Shown one piece after another: positions 1 through 10,106 of a stretch of DNA of 42,135 nt. This DNA comes from an uncultured Methanospirillum sp. (lineage in GTDB: Archaea > Halobacteriota > Methanomicrobia > Methanomicrobiales > Methanospirillaceae). Within the stretch, counting starts at the first letter, position 1. The number at the start of each line of letters is the position of its first letter. The stretch covers positions 124,001 to 166,135 of the forward strand of contig CAZWTX010000002.1 of the NCBI GenBank assembly GCA_964637135.1, read 5' to 3'. The notes under the pieces were generated by a model that saw nothing but the letters and a program-made list of their open reading frames with translations, was not told the DNA's origin and ran no database searches. The translations under genes were made by a program, and so were the position numbers.

Positions 1-977
1 AAGAGATGATTATCATGAAAAATCCTGACTACTGGGGAAAGAAAGCATCTATAAACGAAGTTGATTACAAGGTGGTTCCGGAAGCTGCAACCCGTTCATT
101 GCTCCTTGAGAGTGGCGATGTCGATATCATCCAGATCGTTCCAGCCGATATCGCTAAATCGTTTGCATCCAAATCCGGTTTCACAGTAAATTCGCAACCG
201 ATTTCCCGTGTCAGGGCAATGTTCTATAACTGTGAAAGCGGCCCGTTTGCAGATCAGAAAGTCAGACAGGCGATGAACTATGCTATAGACCGGCAGGCAA
301 TTGTCGATTATATTTTAGAAGGGGTCGGATCTCCAGCCGCCAGTCTCTTCCCACCTGAGTTTTTCTGGGCTGATAAGAGTATACAGCCGTTTGCATACGA
401 TCCAGAAAAGGCAAAGACCATGCTTGCCGAAGCAGGGTGGAAAGATTCCAACAACGACGGAGTTCTTGATAAGGACGGAGAGAAGTTGTCAATAACCCTG
501 GTAACGTATCCCGAACGTGCTGAATTACCTCCAATCGCTGAGGTCATCCAGGATCAGTTGAAGGAAATTGGTATTGAAGTCGAAATTAAGAGTCTTGATA
601 ATGATTCATCGATTGCCCTTCGAAACAAGGGAGATTTCGACATCTACCTCATGGGAAGAGGACTGCTTTTTACCCCTGATCCTGACGAGGTTATGATGAC
701 TGATTACCATTCTTCCGGGACATCAGGAGATGGTTCCGGAGCATACCGGTGGTCAAATGCCCGGGTGGATGAATTGATAGAACAGGCCAGGGCGGTAAAC
801 GATCCGGATGCACGAAAGATACTCTATGATGAAGCCCAGCAGATTATCGTAGATGAGGCACCGGTATCATTCCTGAATTATTATGTAAACCAGGATATTA
901 CCTCGAGCAACGTGAACGGATACCGGATGCATCCGACCGAGATGTCCTATCACCTGGAGGATGTAACCCTCAGTTAA
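1..977 (+). CDS. ABC transporter substrate-binding protein, family 5 (NikA/DppA/OppA-like), 5'-truncated by the window edge
   Basis: The frame is open from the window start. SBP_bac_5 motifs PFADQKVRQAMNYAIDR, YDPEKAKTMLAEAGW and YDEAQQIIVDEAP. Closely similar to the C-terminal two-thirds of 2904..4439. Confidence 0.9.
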   Translation, partial: EMIIMKNPDYWGKKASINEVDYKVVPEAATRSLLLESGDVDIIQIVPADIAKSFASKSGFTVNSQPISRVRAMFYNCESGPFADQKVRQAMNYAIDRQAIVDYILEGVGSPAASLFPPEFFWADKSIQPFAYDPEKAKTMLAEAGWKDSNNDGVLDKDGEKLSITLVTYPERAELPPIAEVIQDQLKEIGIEVEIKSLDNDSSIALRNKGDFDIYLMGRGLLFTPDPDEVMMTDYHSSGTSGDGSGAYRWSNARVDELIEQARAVNDPDARKILYDEAQQIIVDEAPVSFLNYYVNQDITSSNVNGYRMHPTEMSYHLEDVTLS

Positions 978-988
978 CCCCCTTTTTT
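978..988 (+). terminator. Putative archaeal oligo(T) terminator after the binding-protein gene
   Basis: CCCCCTTTTTT directly after the TAA. Similar T6 runs follow the binding-protein genes ending at 6870 and 28502. Confidence 0.4.
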
Positions 989-998
989 GGTATCGATA

Positions 999-1943
999 AT
1001 GCGTAACTTTATTCTCATTCGTCTTCTCCAGACCATCCCGGTTCTCCTTGGGATCACCTTCATTGCCTTCTTTCTCCTGTATCTTTCTCCGGGAGATCCT
1101 GCAGAAATAACTCTACGTGCATTGATGAACACGGATAACCCCCCTGATGAGGCCGTTGCTGAACTTCAAAAAGAGATGAACCTCGACAAACCCTGGTACA
1201 TCCAGTACACATCATGGCTCTCACGGGTGATGACCGGTGACCTGGGGTATTCATACCAGACACGGAGAAGTACGGTTGATGAGATTAAACGGGCATTTCC
1301 GGTAACATTTCTGTTATCGACGATTACATTACTTATTTCATGCATTATCGCCATCCCCATCGGTATCCTGGCAGGGATCAGGCAGAATGGGATAATCGAT
1401 CACTTTTCACGTGCACTATCCATCCTGGGTCTCTCAATCCCGGATTTTTTTCTCGGGATCCTGGGCATTCTCATCTTCTCGATTTATCTGAAAATCTTGC
1501 CGGTAGCAGGGTATAAGGGGCCTGAATACCTGATCCTTCCTGCGTTTGCCCTTTCAGCCGGACTCTTTGCGATCACCATGAGGCTCATGCGGACAAGTAT
1601 GGCCGAGGTATTAGAGGAGGAATACATTCGTACGGCGGTTTCAAAAGGCCTTGACAGACCCTCTATCATCAGGAGGCATGCGATAAAAAATGCCATCGTC
1701 CCGGTAATTACCTACATCGGGACCCAGTATGGCTGGCTGTTTGGGGGAACGATGATCATCGAATCACTATTTGCCATTCCCGGAATGGGCAGGCTCTTTG
1801 TGGATGCAGCCTCTACCCGTGACATCATGGTGATGCAGGGCTGCGTTCTAGTATTTGCTATTGTATTTGTGATCATAAATCTCGGTATCGATATCTCGTA
1901 TTACATCCTCGATCCACGGATCCGGGAGGAAAATGAAAACTGA
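999..1943 (+). CDS. Nickel/peptide ABC transporter permease (NikB/DppB-like)
   Basis: N-terminal RLLQTIPVLLGIT..SPGDPA, GDLGYSY, EAA loop EEYIRTAVSKGL, C-terminal LDPRIR. ATG at 999 preferred over TTG at 987. Confidence 0.92.
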   Translation: MRNFILIRLLQTIPVLLGITFIAFFLLYLSPGDPAEITLRALMNTDNPPDEAVAELQKEMNLDKPWYIQYTSWLSRVMTGDLGYSYQTRRSTVDEIKRAFPVTFLLSTITLLISCIIAIPIGILAGIRQNGIIDHFSRALSILGLSIPDFFLGILGILIFSIYLKILPVAGYKGPEYLILPAFALSAGLFAITMRLMRTSMAEVLEEEYIRTAVSKGLDRPSIIRRHAIKNAIVPVITYIGTQYGWLFGGTMIIESLFAIPGMGRLFVDAASTRDIMVMQGCVLVFAIVFVIINLGIDISYYILDPRIREENEN

Positions 1944-2808
1944 TCATAACCTGACCGGTCTTGTGGACTGGTGGGCAGAGACGGTCCCCCGTGTGAGACA
2001 AAAACCGCTCCTGCTCATAGGATTCGTAATACTTATCCTGATGTGCCTGATGGCTGTTTTCGCACCCTTCCTCGCTCCCCATGATCCTGATGAACAGCAT
2101 CTAAAGAACCGGTTCTCTGCCCCGTCAGTCGAGTATCCGCTTGGGACTGATCAGTTCGGACGATGCATCCTGAGCCGGGTCATCTACGGGTCTCAGACAT
2201 CACTCTCGATTGCGGTAATTTCAACGGCCATCGTGGTTGTAATCGGCGTTTTGGTTGGATTATATGCAGGGTATTATCGCAGACTGGATGGAATCCTAAT
2301 GCGTTTTACTGACCTCATGCTTGCATTTCCGAGTATGGTCATCACCCTCGGTCTTGTAGGGATATGCGGCCCGAGTGTCGAGTCTATCATACTCGCCTTA
2401 ACAATTCCGGGATGGGCCAAGTACGCACGGGTGACCCGGTCAACCACTCTTTCCCTGAAAACCAGGGGGTTTGTTGAAGGATCCCGGGCTCTTGGAGGAA
2501 CACATACCCATATCATCTTCCGGCACATCCTCCCAAACTCTGTCGCACCCATCATGGAGATAGCAACCCTTGGTCTTGGAGGAAAGATAATTTCTATCGC
2601 CGGACTTGGGTTTCTGGGTCTAGGAATTCAGCCTCCAACCCCCGAGTGGGGGACTATCATGAATCAGGGATTACCACTCCTTGGAAAGGCACCGATGATT
2701 GCGTTATCAGCAGGACTAATGATCATGATCTTTGTCCTCGCAACTAACCTGATCGGATCCGAAATCCGGGAGATCATGGATCCAAAGTCTGATTCCATTA
2801 TTCTATAA
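1933..2808 (+). CDS. Nickel/peptide ABC transporter permease (NikC/DppC-like)
   Basis: YPLGTDQFGRCILSRVIYG, EAA loop FVEGSRALGG, RHILPN, LGFLGLGIQPPTPEWG. Overlaps the upstream permease. Confidence 0.92.
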   Translation: MKTDHNLTGLVDWWAETVPRVRQKPLLLIGFVILILMCLMAVFAPFLAPHDPDEQHLKNRFSAPSVEYPLGTDQFGRCILSRVIYGSQTSLSIAVISTAIVVVIGVLVGLYAGYYRRLDGILMRFTDLMLAFPSMVITLGLVGICGPSVESIILALTIPGWAKYARVTRSTTLSLKTRGFVEGSRALGGTHTHIIFRHILPNSVAPIMEIATLGLGGKIISIAGLGFLGLGIQPPTPEWGTIMNQGLPLLGKAPMIALSAGLMIMIFVLATNLIGSEIREIMDPKSDSIIL

Positions 2809-2903
2809 TCCTAAAGACTTTCCATGGGTTAACTCCCTGGTTTTTTTCAGATGAGAATAGTAAGTCTGATTTAGTGCTACGAAATTAATATTAATGTGAT
2901 ATA

Positions 2904-4439
2904 ATGACGACTGTCACCTTTCGTTGGGTATTTCTCCTACTCCTCCTGATAACCGGAATTACCCTGGTATCAGGAGTATATGCTGAAGAGCTCATTGTTG
3001 CAGGACCATGGGATGCTGATAACATCGATCCGCATGTATCCGGATGGCTCCCACAGTCTTTAGGGGTCATTGAGACACTGGCTGATGTTGATATTGACGG
3101 AACACTCATTCCCTCCCTCGCTACTTCCTGGGAGGTCTCCGAGGATCAGAAGACCTGGACTTTTCATCTTCGGGACGGGGTTATGTTCCATGATGGGACG
3201 CCGTTCACCGCCGAAGCGATGAAGAAATCACTGGAGCACTCCATCGAGAAATCAAGTTCCTTCAAATCGCTTCCTATCGCTAATATCGATGCGACGGATA
3301 AAAATACCCTGAAAATTACCCTTACGAAACCATTCCCCTCATTCCCGGCATATATGGCAAAAGGAGAGAGCGGAGCGCTATCGGAGAATTGTGTTGCACA
3401 GGGAGATGTAACCTCTCCAATCGGAACCGGTCCGTTTTCTTTCGTCTCCTATTCCCCAAATCAGGATTATGTGATTGAGAAGAACAATGCATACTGGGGA
3501 GAGAAAGCAAAGGTGGACAAGGTTACATGGCAGGTTGTTCCTGAAGAACTCACCCGGGCAATGATGCTCCAGAGCGGAGATGTGGATATCATCTTTGAAC
3601 TCTCCCCGAGTGTTGCACAAGACCTGCGATCTGATTCTTCTGTTACCGTAACTGAACAGCCTATTGCACGGGTCAGGGTCATCCAGTATAATGCAGAAAA
3701 AGGACCGTTCGCGGATCAGAAAGTCAGGCAGGCGATGAATTATGGCATCGACCGTCAGAGTCTCATCGATTATGTACTTGAAGGGGTAGGAACTCCGGCT
3801 GCGGGTCTTTTCCCTCCTGAGTTTGCATGGGCAAACAAGGATATTTCGCCGTCCCCATACGATCCGGAAAAGTCAAAATCTATGCTTGCCGAAGCCGGAT
3901 GGAAAGATTCTGATAATGACGGAATTCTTGACAAAGAGGGAGTGCCCTTCAGGATCACCTTCATCACGTATCCTGAGCGGGCCGAACAGCCGGAACTTGC
4001 CGAGGTTATTCAGGATGAACTCAAAAAGATCGGTATCGATGTTGAACTAAAGGTAGTCGATTACGATACCTGTGCTGAGATACAAAAGACAGGAGATTTT
4101 GATATGTATCTGGTTTCACGGGGCACCTTGTGGACTCCTGATCCGGATGATGTAATGATGTCTGATTATCATTCAAGCGGGACATTTGCAAATGGGTATG
4201 GTGGATACCACTGGAAGAGCGAACAGGTTGATAAATTAATCGAGGAGGCACGGACGACTCAGGATCTTCAGGCCCGGAAAAAGATGTACGACGAGGTTCA
4301 GCAGATCATCATTGATGAAGCGCCGGTCTCATACCTGAGTTATTATGTTATTCTTGATGCCGTGAGCTCTAAAGTTCAGGGATTCCATCACCATCCGACT
4401 GAACTTGATTACTTCCTTGAGGATGTATCACTCGGATAG
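2904..4439 (+). CDS. ABC transporter substrate-binding protein, family 5 (NikA/DppA-like), second paralog
   Basis: Hydrophobic signal peptide, PSLATSWEVSEDQKTWTFHLRDGVMFHDGTPFTAE family-5 signature, PIGTGPF. Confidence 0.92.
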   Translation: MTTVTFRWVFLLLLLITGITLVSGVYAEELIVAGPWDADNIDPHVSGWLPQSLGVIETLADVDIDGTLIPSLATSWEVSEDQKTWTFHLRDGVMFHDGTPFTAEAMKKSLEHSIEKSSSFKSLPIANIDATDKNTLKITLTKPFPSFPAYMAKGESGALSENCVAQGDVTSPIGTGPFSFVSYSPNQDYVIEKNNAYWGEKAKVDKVTWQVVPEELTRAMMLQSGDVDIIFELSPSVAQDLRSDSSVTVTEQPIARVRVIQYNAEKGPFADQKVRQAMNYGIDRQSLIDYVLEGVGTPAAGLFPPEFAWANKDISPSPYDPEKSKSMLAEAGWKDSDNDGILDKEGVPFRITFITYPERAEQPELAEVIQDELKKIGIDVELKVVDYDTCAEIQKTGDFDMYLVSRGTLWTPDPDDVMMSDYHSSGTFANGYGGYHWKSEQVDKLIEEARTTQDLQARKKMYDEVQQIIIDEAPVSYLSYYVILDAVSSKVQGFHHHPTELDYFLEDVSLG

Positions 4440-4442
4440 ACG

Positions 4443-5186
4443 ATGAAAGACAGGATAATTGCATACTGGTCTGATGGTTCTCACCGGTATAACCGGAGTG
4501 TGCATGGTACCATCTTCTCCCCGTCTCAGAGAGCCAGATGGCAACGATACCTTGGCAGCCATCTCGGAGAAGGACCACACAATATTCTCGATATCGGCAC
4601 CGGGCCGGGCGTTATCTCCATTGCCCTCGCCGATATGGGACATACTGTAACTGCTGTCGATCTCTCTGATGAGATGCTTGCCAGGGCAAAAGAAAATGCC
4701 GAACATATCGGGGTGGATATTGCATTCCGGAAAGGGGATGCAGAAAACCTTCCCTTCGAGGATAATTCTTTTGATGTCGTAGTAAACCGGTGGGTTCTCT
4801 GGACAATTCCAAGCCCTGATAAGGCATTATCCGAATGGTACCGGGTACTCAAACCGGGAGGACGTGTTCTCTATATCGATGGAAACTGGTATTCACCCGG
4901 AAAAACACCGTATCAGAATGCATGGAAACAATTTTCAAATCTTCTTACTGCAGTTACGGAGATGAAAAATCCCTGGAAGCATGATTATCGCAAGCCGGTC
5001 ATCCAGGAATTATGGTCGACCCATGCATCCCGTCCGGATGACGATATCAACCTCTGTAAGAAGGCCGGGTTTACTAATGTATCGGTGTCCAGGGATGTGA
5101 ACGAGCATACCCTGACGATGATGGAGTATCTCAAGATGGGGTATTATGGTCCGGTATTCCTGGTGAGCGGAAGAAAGGGAGAATAA
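4443..5186 (+). CDS. Class I SAM-dependent methyltransferase (UbiE/Methyltransf_11-like)
   Basis: ILDIGTGPG motif I, AVDLSDEML, GDAENLPFEDNSFDVV, RVLKPGG. Confidence 0.9.
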   Translation: MKDRIIAYWSDGSHRYNRSVHGTIFSPSQRARWQRYLGSHLGEGPHNILDIGTGPGVISIALADMGHTVTAVDLSDEMLARAKENAEHIGVDIAFRKGDAENLPFEDNSFDVVVNRWVLWTIPSPDKALSEWYRVLKPGGRVLYIDGNWYSPGKTPYQNAWKQFSNLLTAVTEMKNPWKHDYRKPVIQELWSTHASRPDDDINLCKKAGFTNVSVSRDVNEHTLTMMEYLKMGYYGPVFLVSGRKGE

Positions 5187-5667
5187 TTTTCCTCCCCCCT
5201 GTAATCAGATCGGTGGCGAATACCCCTGGTTTATGAACCAATGGCATATTGTTGCAGGATATCCACTAGTGCTCCTCGTCACTTTATTTTCAACGTTGTT
5301 TTTTAGAGAAATTACCCTCATATTTAAGTGGCGAAGGACACTAGCCTTCAATTCGCAGGATGATTTCAACGGCCATAGCGGAGATTTCTTCACTCGTTCC
5401 ACAGGATTATAAGCACAGAAATGAATTATCGGCTCTGTTGACATCCTTCCGGAGGTTTTTGTTCGTGAAGGCACTTACGTTATTATGAATTGATCATGAT
5501 GTTTTGTAGAGGATGTCAACAGAGTCGATGATTCATCAACTTTTCCCAAACCATCCCAATCCGGTAGAGAATAATTATGAATTGAGATTGGGATCAGGGT
5601 TATTTACAGCATAGTCATTATTTTCATATCAATTAAGATAATTTATCCATTTTTCATACCTAATACT

Positions 5668-6870
5668 ATGTACTCCCGGGAGGGGATTACTATAAAAACA
5701 AGCACCGAATCAACAAAAAAGAACAGGAACCTCCTCTTTCACGGAATTGTTCTTCTTCTGATTTTCCTTCTCACAGCCGGAATAACCGGCACTGTCCTCG
5801 CTGATGATACAAAAACCATCACGGATATGCGTGGAAAAAATGTTACGATCCCTGCGGATCCACAGCGGGTGGCAATCATGAATGCCGGATTTCTTGCCCA
5901 GCTTACCCGGGCTATGGAAGTCAGCGATAAGGTGAAGGCAACCGGCGGACTTTTCTTTGACTGGGAGGACAACGAGGAGAAGAACGAGTATGTCTACCTC
6001 AATCCGGATTTTCAATATCTCCCGAACATTTATGGATGGCAGACCCCTCTGAATGCCGAGACTCTGGCGTTCACCAATCCGGATCTGGTCATATGGGAAG
6101 ATACCGAGTACACCCAGGGTGACAAGTACAAAACCCAGAACGATGTCGATATCGATACTATCGAGAACACGTTGAAGATCCCCCTTGTCCTGGTGAAAGG
6201 AACCGGACTCTATGGGAACGAGGACAACCAGGCAACATACGACACCGTTTCTTTAATGGGTGAGATCTTCAACAAGCAGGATAAGGCTGAAGAGATCAAT
6301 GCCGCGATGAAGAAGCGGGTTGCCGAGGTTGAGGAACGGACAAAAGAGGTTACATCTGATAAACAGGCAAAAGTGCTCTTTATCGGGCTCACCGATGAGC
6401 TTCCCTCTCCGGTATGGGCAAATGCGTATGGCGATGCCAAGTTCTCGGATAATATCCTAAATGTCAAGAACGTCGTGACCGACCAGAGTAACAAGAAGAT
6501 CTCTGCCGAGCAGATCATCAAGCTCAATCCTGAAGTGATCGTACTCACCTCTTACTCAGAGAAAGGACTTAACCCGGACATCTTCAAGGAAGATGAAACA
6601 TTCAAAGAACTCCGGACCGTCGATGCCGTCAAGAATGACCGGATTGTGTCGGTAGGGGATATGACCTGGATCGGGGATTATGGTCTTGACACCCCGATGA
6701 TCCTGATGACCGAAGCCAAGGGTGCTTATCCTGATCTGTTCAAGGACATCAATGGCAGGGACTGGAGTCTCGATTATCTCAAAGAGATCTACGGGATGAA
6801 TGATGATGAGGCTACCATACTCTACGATGATATCATCGGGATGAGCTGGACCAAAGAAAAAGATTTCTAA
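5668..6870 (+). CDS. Fe3+-siderophore/cobalamin-type ABC substrate-binding protein (Peripla_BP_2)
   Basis: Signal peptide, TITDMRGKNVTIPADPQRVA, ISAEQIIKLNPEVI, VDAVKNDRIV. Exact start uncertain (ATG 5668 or SD-preceded ATA 5692). Confidence 0.88.
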   Translation: MYSREGITIKTSTESTKKNRNLLFHGIVLLLIFLLTAGITGTVLADDTKTITDMRGKNVTIPADPQRVAIMNAGFLAQLTRAMEVSDKVKATGGLFFDWEDNEEKNEYVYLNPDFQYLPNIYGWQTPLNAETLAFTNPDLVIWEDTEYTQGDKYKTQNDVDIDTIENTLKIPLVLVKGTGLYGNEDNQATYDTVSLMGEIFNKQDKAEEINAAMKKRVAEVEERTKEVTSDKQAKVLFIGLTDELPSPVWANAYGDAKFSDNILNVKNVVTDQSNKKISAEQIIKLNPEVIVLTSYSEKGLNPDIFKEDETFKELRTVDAVKNDRIVSVGDMTWIGDYGLDTPMILMTEAKGAYPDLFKDINGRDWSLDYLKEIYGMNDDEATILYDDIIGMSWTKEKDF

Positions 6871-6887
6871 TCCTTTTTTACACCATC

Positions 6888-7922
6888 ATGCCGGTTTCAT
6901 CGACGCTTTTTCCTGAACGCAGACGGAAAAAAATTATCCTGCTTATTCTCCTTCTGGTTCTGATCGGTATCATGATGGTCACGGTCACCGCCGGAGTCTA
7001 TCCGATATCAGTCCAGGATGTGTATCTCTCTATTTTTCAGCATCTCGGGCTCGGAGAGCCGACAGGGCTCACCCACGACATAATCGTCTGGGAGATCAGG
7101 ATTCCCCGGGTACTGCTAGCTGCCCTGGTGGGGGGAGCTCTTGCAATATCAGGAGCAGTCTTTCAGGGCATCTTCCGAAATCCGCTGGTTGAGCCGTACA
7201 TCATGGGGGTCTCTTCCGGGGCGGCCGTCGGAGCCGGGCTTGCAATACTCTTTGGACTCATGATCTTCTCCATGCAGGGTTCTGCATTTCTCTTCGGGGT
7301 TCTGGCAGCTCTCCTCGCATACGGATTTGCAACGACCCGACGGGAGACCCCGTTGGTGAACCTGATCCTTGCAGGAATCGTCGTAAATGCCATGTTTGAT
7401 GCGGTACTCGCGATCCTGAAGACGATAGCACCGTATGGAAAACTTCAGGATCTCGTCTTCTGGCTGATGGGAGGATTAGGGGGAACAAAATGGGATGATG
7501 TCTCGGCCATCGGTGCTCAGATCCTTATCGGGGTGGTGCTCACCTCGCTCCTTGGCTGGCAGCTCAATCTTCTCGCCGTCGGTGAGGAGGATGCCCGATC
7601 CCTCGGGCTCTCCGTCGGCCGGATGAAAGCGATCCTGCTCGGCCTTGCAATCTATCTCACTTCCATATCGGTTGCCACGGTCGGGATCATCGCATGGATC
7701 GGCCTCATCATGCCGCATATCTCACGGATGATGGTCGGCCCCGATCACCGGATGCTTCTTCCGGCGAGTGCAATCATCGGTGCGATATTTCTCGTTATCT
7801 GCGATACCCTCGCCCGAACCCTCATCACGGCAGAGATCCCGATCAGCATCATCACGTCAGCCATCGGCGGACCGTATCTTCTCTATCTCATCCGGAGAAA
7901 CCGGTCCCTGTATTTCAGGTAA
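6888..7922 (+). CDS. FecCD/BtuC-family ABC permease
   Basis: WEIRIPRVLLAALVGGALAISGAVFQGIFRNPLVEPYIMGVSSGA, GEEDARSLG, GIIAWIGLIMPH. Confidence 0.93.
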   Translation: MPVSSTLFPERRRKKIILLILLLVLIGIMMVTVTAGVYPISVQDVYLSIFQHLGLGEPTGLTHDIIVWEIRIPRVLLAALVGGALAISGAVFQGIFRNPLVEPYIMGVSSGAAVGAGLAILFGLMIFSMQGSAFLFGVLAALLAYGFATTRRETPLVNLILAGIVVNAMFDAVLAILKTIAPYGKLQDLVFWLMGGLGGTKWDDVSAIGAQILIGVVLTSLLGWQLNLLAVGEEDARSLGLSVGRMKAILLGLAIYLTSISVATVGIIAWIGLIMPHISRMMVGPDHRMLLPASAIIGAIFLVICDTLARTLITAEIPISIITSAIGGPYLLYLIRRNRSLYFR

Positions 7923-7924
7923 TC

Positions 7925-8692
7925 ATGATAACGGTGCACAATTGTATCAGCGGATATGGGGAGAAGAGAATCCTGCATCAGGTCTCCTTCTCGGTTGAGG
8001 CAGGAGCTGTCTGCGGCCTGTTCGGACCGAACGGTTCGGGAAAGACCACTCTTATCAGGTGTTGCTCCGGATCCCATCCATATCAGGGAACCATACGGGT
8101 GAATGGATCTGACATCAGTATGCTCTCCCCCCGGGATCTTGCGAAACATGTCTCGTATGTGCCCCAGAATCACACGCCCATGTTTCCGTTCTCGGTCAAA
8201 GAGGTGGTTCTCATGGGAAGAAACCCCTATGTGAGCCAGATCAGCGGTCCGAGTGAGGAAGACCTAATCAGGACCGAAGTAGTGCTCGAAGAACTGAAGA
8301 TCCGGGATCTTGCCGATCAGCCATATACGGAGTTATCCGGCGGACAGAGGCAACTCGTGATCCTGGCCAGGGCACTCAACCAGGATACCCCGGTGATGCT
8401 TCTTGACGAACCAGCCTCGGCCCTTGATTTCCGAAACCAGATCCGGCTCTGGAGGCTGCTTCGACAACTTGCAGAGAAAGGAAAGACGATCCTGGCATGC
8501 ACCCATGATCCAAACCATATCTGCTGGTTCTGCGATCATGCAGTTGTGATGAAGACCGGAGAAGTGCTCACCCATGGAAGACCCCATGATGCCATCTCAA
8601 CAGGTGTGATGGAGGATCTCTACGGGGATCTCTGTGCAGTTGAGCTGCTCAAGGGACGGATGGTCGTCATGCCGGCTGATTGCTCCGAATAG
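7925..8692 (+). CDS. FecE/BtuD-family ABC ATP-binding protein
   Basis: Walker A GPNGSGKT, LSGGQRQ, Walker B LLDEP, H-loop THD. True start is ATG 7925; the 7694 extension overlaps the permease. Confidence 0.92.
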   Translation: MITVHNCISGYGEKRILHQVSFSVEAGAVCGLFGPNGSGKTTLIRCCSGSHPYQGTIRVNGSDISMLSPRDLAKHVSYVPQNHTPMFPFSVKEVVLMGRNPYVSQISGPSEEDLIRTEVVLEELKIRDLADQPYTELSGGQRQLVILARALNQDTPVMLLDEPASALDFRNQIRLWRLLRQLAEKGKTILACTHDPNHICWFCDHAVVMKTGEVLTHGRPHDAISTGVMEDLYGDLCAVELLKGRMVVMPADCSE

Positions 8693-8758
8693 AACCAGTA
8701 CAACGGTGGCGTACCTGGGTGGATACAGGGTTATCATCTTTGAAAGGAATAACTGGGT

Positions 8759-9343
8759 ATGGAGATCAGAGCGGAGGGAGATACCCTCTTTCTCGATGGG
8801 CGTGAACTCTCCACTCTAGATCTTTTCGTCAGCCGGGCTTTACGGATCATCGGGAACCATACGCCCTATGTCATCGTCAGTGGATATATCGCGATTCTGC
8901 TTGGCAGGACCAGAAGTACCGAAGATATTGATATCCTGATACCATTCAGTGAACCGGACGCATTTATTGCATTGCATGATGATCTGCTCCACCAGTATGA
9001 ATTCATCAATTCCGAGCCTGCATCAGGCCTCTATTCACTTCTCGTAAGTGGTTCAGGGATACGACTGTGTGAGAAGGATTCGTTCATCCCGAATATCGAG
9101 ATTAAATTTGTCATTCATGAATCAGATGCGTATTCTTTTGAGCACAGGAAACGTTTGCTAATACAGGGGAAACCATTTTTCATCAGCCCCTTTGAGATAC
9201 AGATAGCCTATAAACTCTGGCTTGGAAGTGAAAAAGATCTTGAGGATGCCATCTTCATCTATGAAGTTACCAGGGATCTGATAGATGAAGAGGTATTTCT
9301 GGACTTCTGCAATTCATTCGGGGTGACATATGAGACCCCCTGA
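8759..9343 (+). CDS. Nucleotidyltransferase-fold protein (AbiEii/DUF1814/DUF6036-like)
   Basis: YVIVSGYIAILLGRTRSTEDIDIL (G..R.T.DxD) and C-terminal YKLWLGSEKDLED (K...KD..D). Confidence 0.7.
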   Translation: MEIRAEGDTLFLDGRELSTLDLFVSRALRIIGNHTPYVIVSGYIAILLGRTRSTEDIDILIPFSEPDAFIALHDDLLHQYEFINSEPASGLYSLLVSGSGIRLCEKDSFIPNIEIKFVIHESDAYSFEHRKRLLIQGKPFFISPFEIQIAYKLWLGSEKDLEDAIFIYEVTRDLIDEEVFLDFCNSFGVTYETP

Positions 9344-9641
9344 TCCGGAGTTTCGGGAGAGAAACCGGCGGGAGCGGATTTTGTTCGTGAAAAGATCCGC
9401 AGAGTGGATTCGATCCGTATCAAATGAAGAATGGAGCAGAAGACAGAATGCTTTTTTGAATTCCCTCTTTGAAAACCGGAAAAATTTCCCTTTGAACCGG
9501 AAACAGTATCTCAGGATGATAACCATCGCCAGGGAAAAGGGAGACCGAAGAGAGGGTTCTCCGGACATGGCCGGATTTTTACAGAAACATCCCCCCATCA
9601 GGGATACATGTGCCTCCGGAGAAGGACAGACGGAAGAGTGA
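9330..9641 (+). CDS. Small basic helical protein, probable partner of the upstream nucleotidyltransferase
   Basis: Overlaps the upstream stop by 14 nt. SD-like GGGGTGA precedes the ATG. N-terminal NRRERILFVKRSAEWIRS..EEWSRRQN. Confidence 0.6.
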   Translation: MRPPDPEFRERNRRERILFVKRSAEWIRSVSNEEWSRRQNAFLNSLFENRKNFPLNRKQYLRMITIAREKGDRREGSPDMAGFLQKHPPIRDTCASGEGQTEE

Positions 9642-10106
9642 TATCATCCCCATCAGGCAGGCAGGATCAGAGATGCCAGTGTTTTGCCTGCATCTGTGCC
9701 CAGAAATGACCAGTACAGACTACCTGTACACAAAACGACTGGTGAGTGCCTCTTTCATGCAGGCTTCCATTTCAGAACACCAGGATCTGATCTGCTTCCG
9801 CGAGAACTGACATCCGTTGAGCAGCCAGGTCTTCTTTACATTGCATTGAGAAGAACTGGTTTGTGGTTATTATTTTAATCCATGCACGGATTCAAAAATA
9901 GAGGACCGCTTCTTTTTTCACTTCATTCTGGTCAATACTGCATGTACATAGTCCAATCGTTCCCAGGACCTGTGCTCCATTTGGGTAGTACAAACAGAAT
10001 CCTCTGAATTACAGCAAAATCCAGGCCCACCCTTTAATCCGCTATCTTCGCTTTAACCGTGATTGTTCGCGGAATAACCTCAAATCAATACCTCAAACAT
10101 CCAGGG

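Noticed and set aside
4437..4445. Amber (pyrrolysine) readthrough fusing the binding protein to the methyltransferase; similarly cobN TAG-ATG at 25720-25725
   Set aside because: Both downstream genes have their own ATG and complete domains. The fusions make little topological sense, and no pyl genes are in the window.
5205..5474. 89-aa minus-strand ORF as a possible gene or transposase remnant
   Set aside because: No recognisable motif, ribosome-binding site or terminal repeats.
7694..7924. N-terminal extension of the ABC ATPase in the ORF track
   Set aside because: It overlaps the permease in another frame. ATG 7925 gives a normal-length ATPase.
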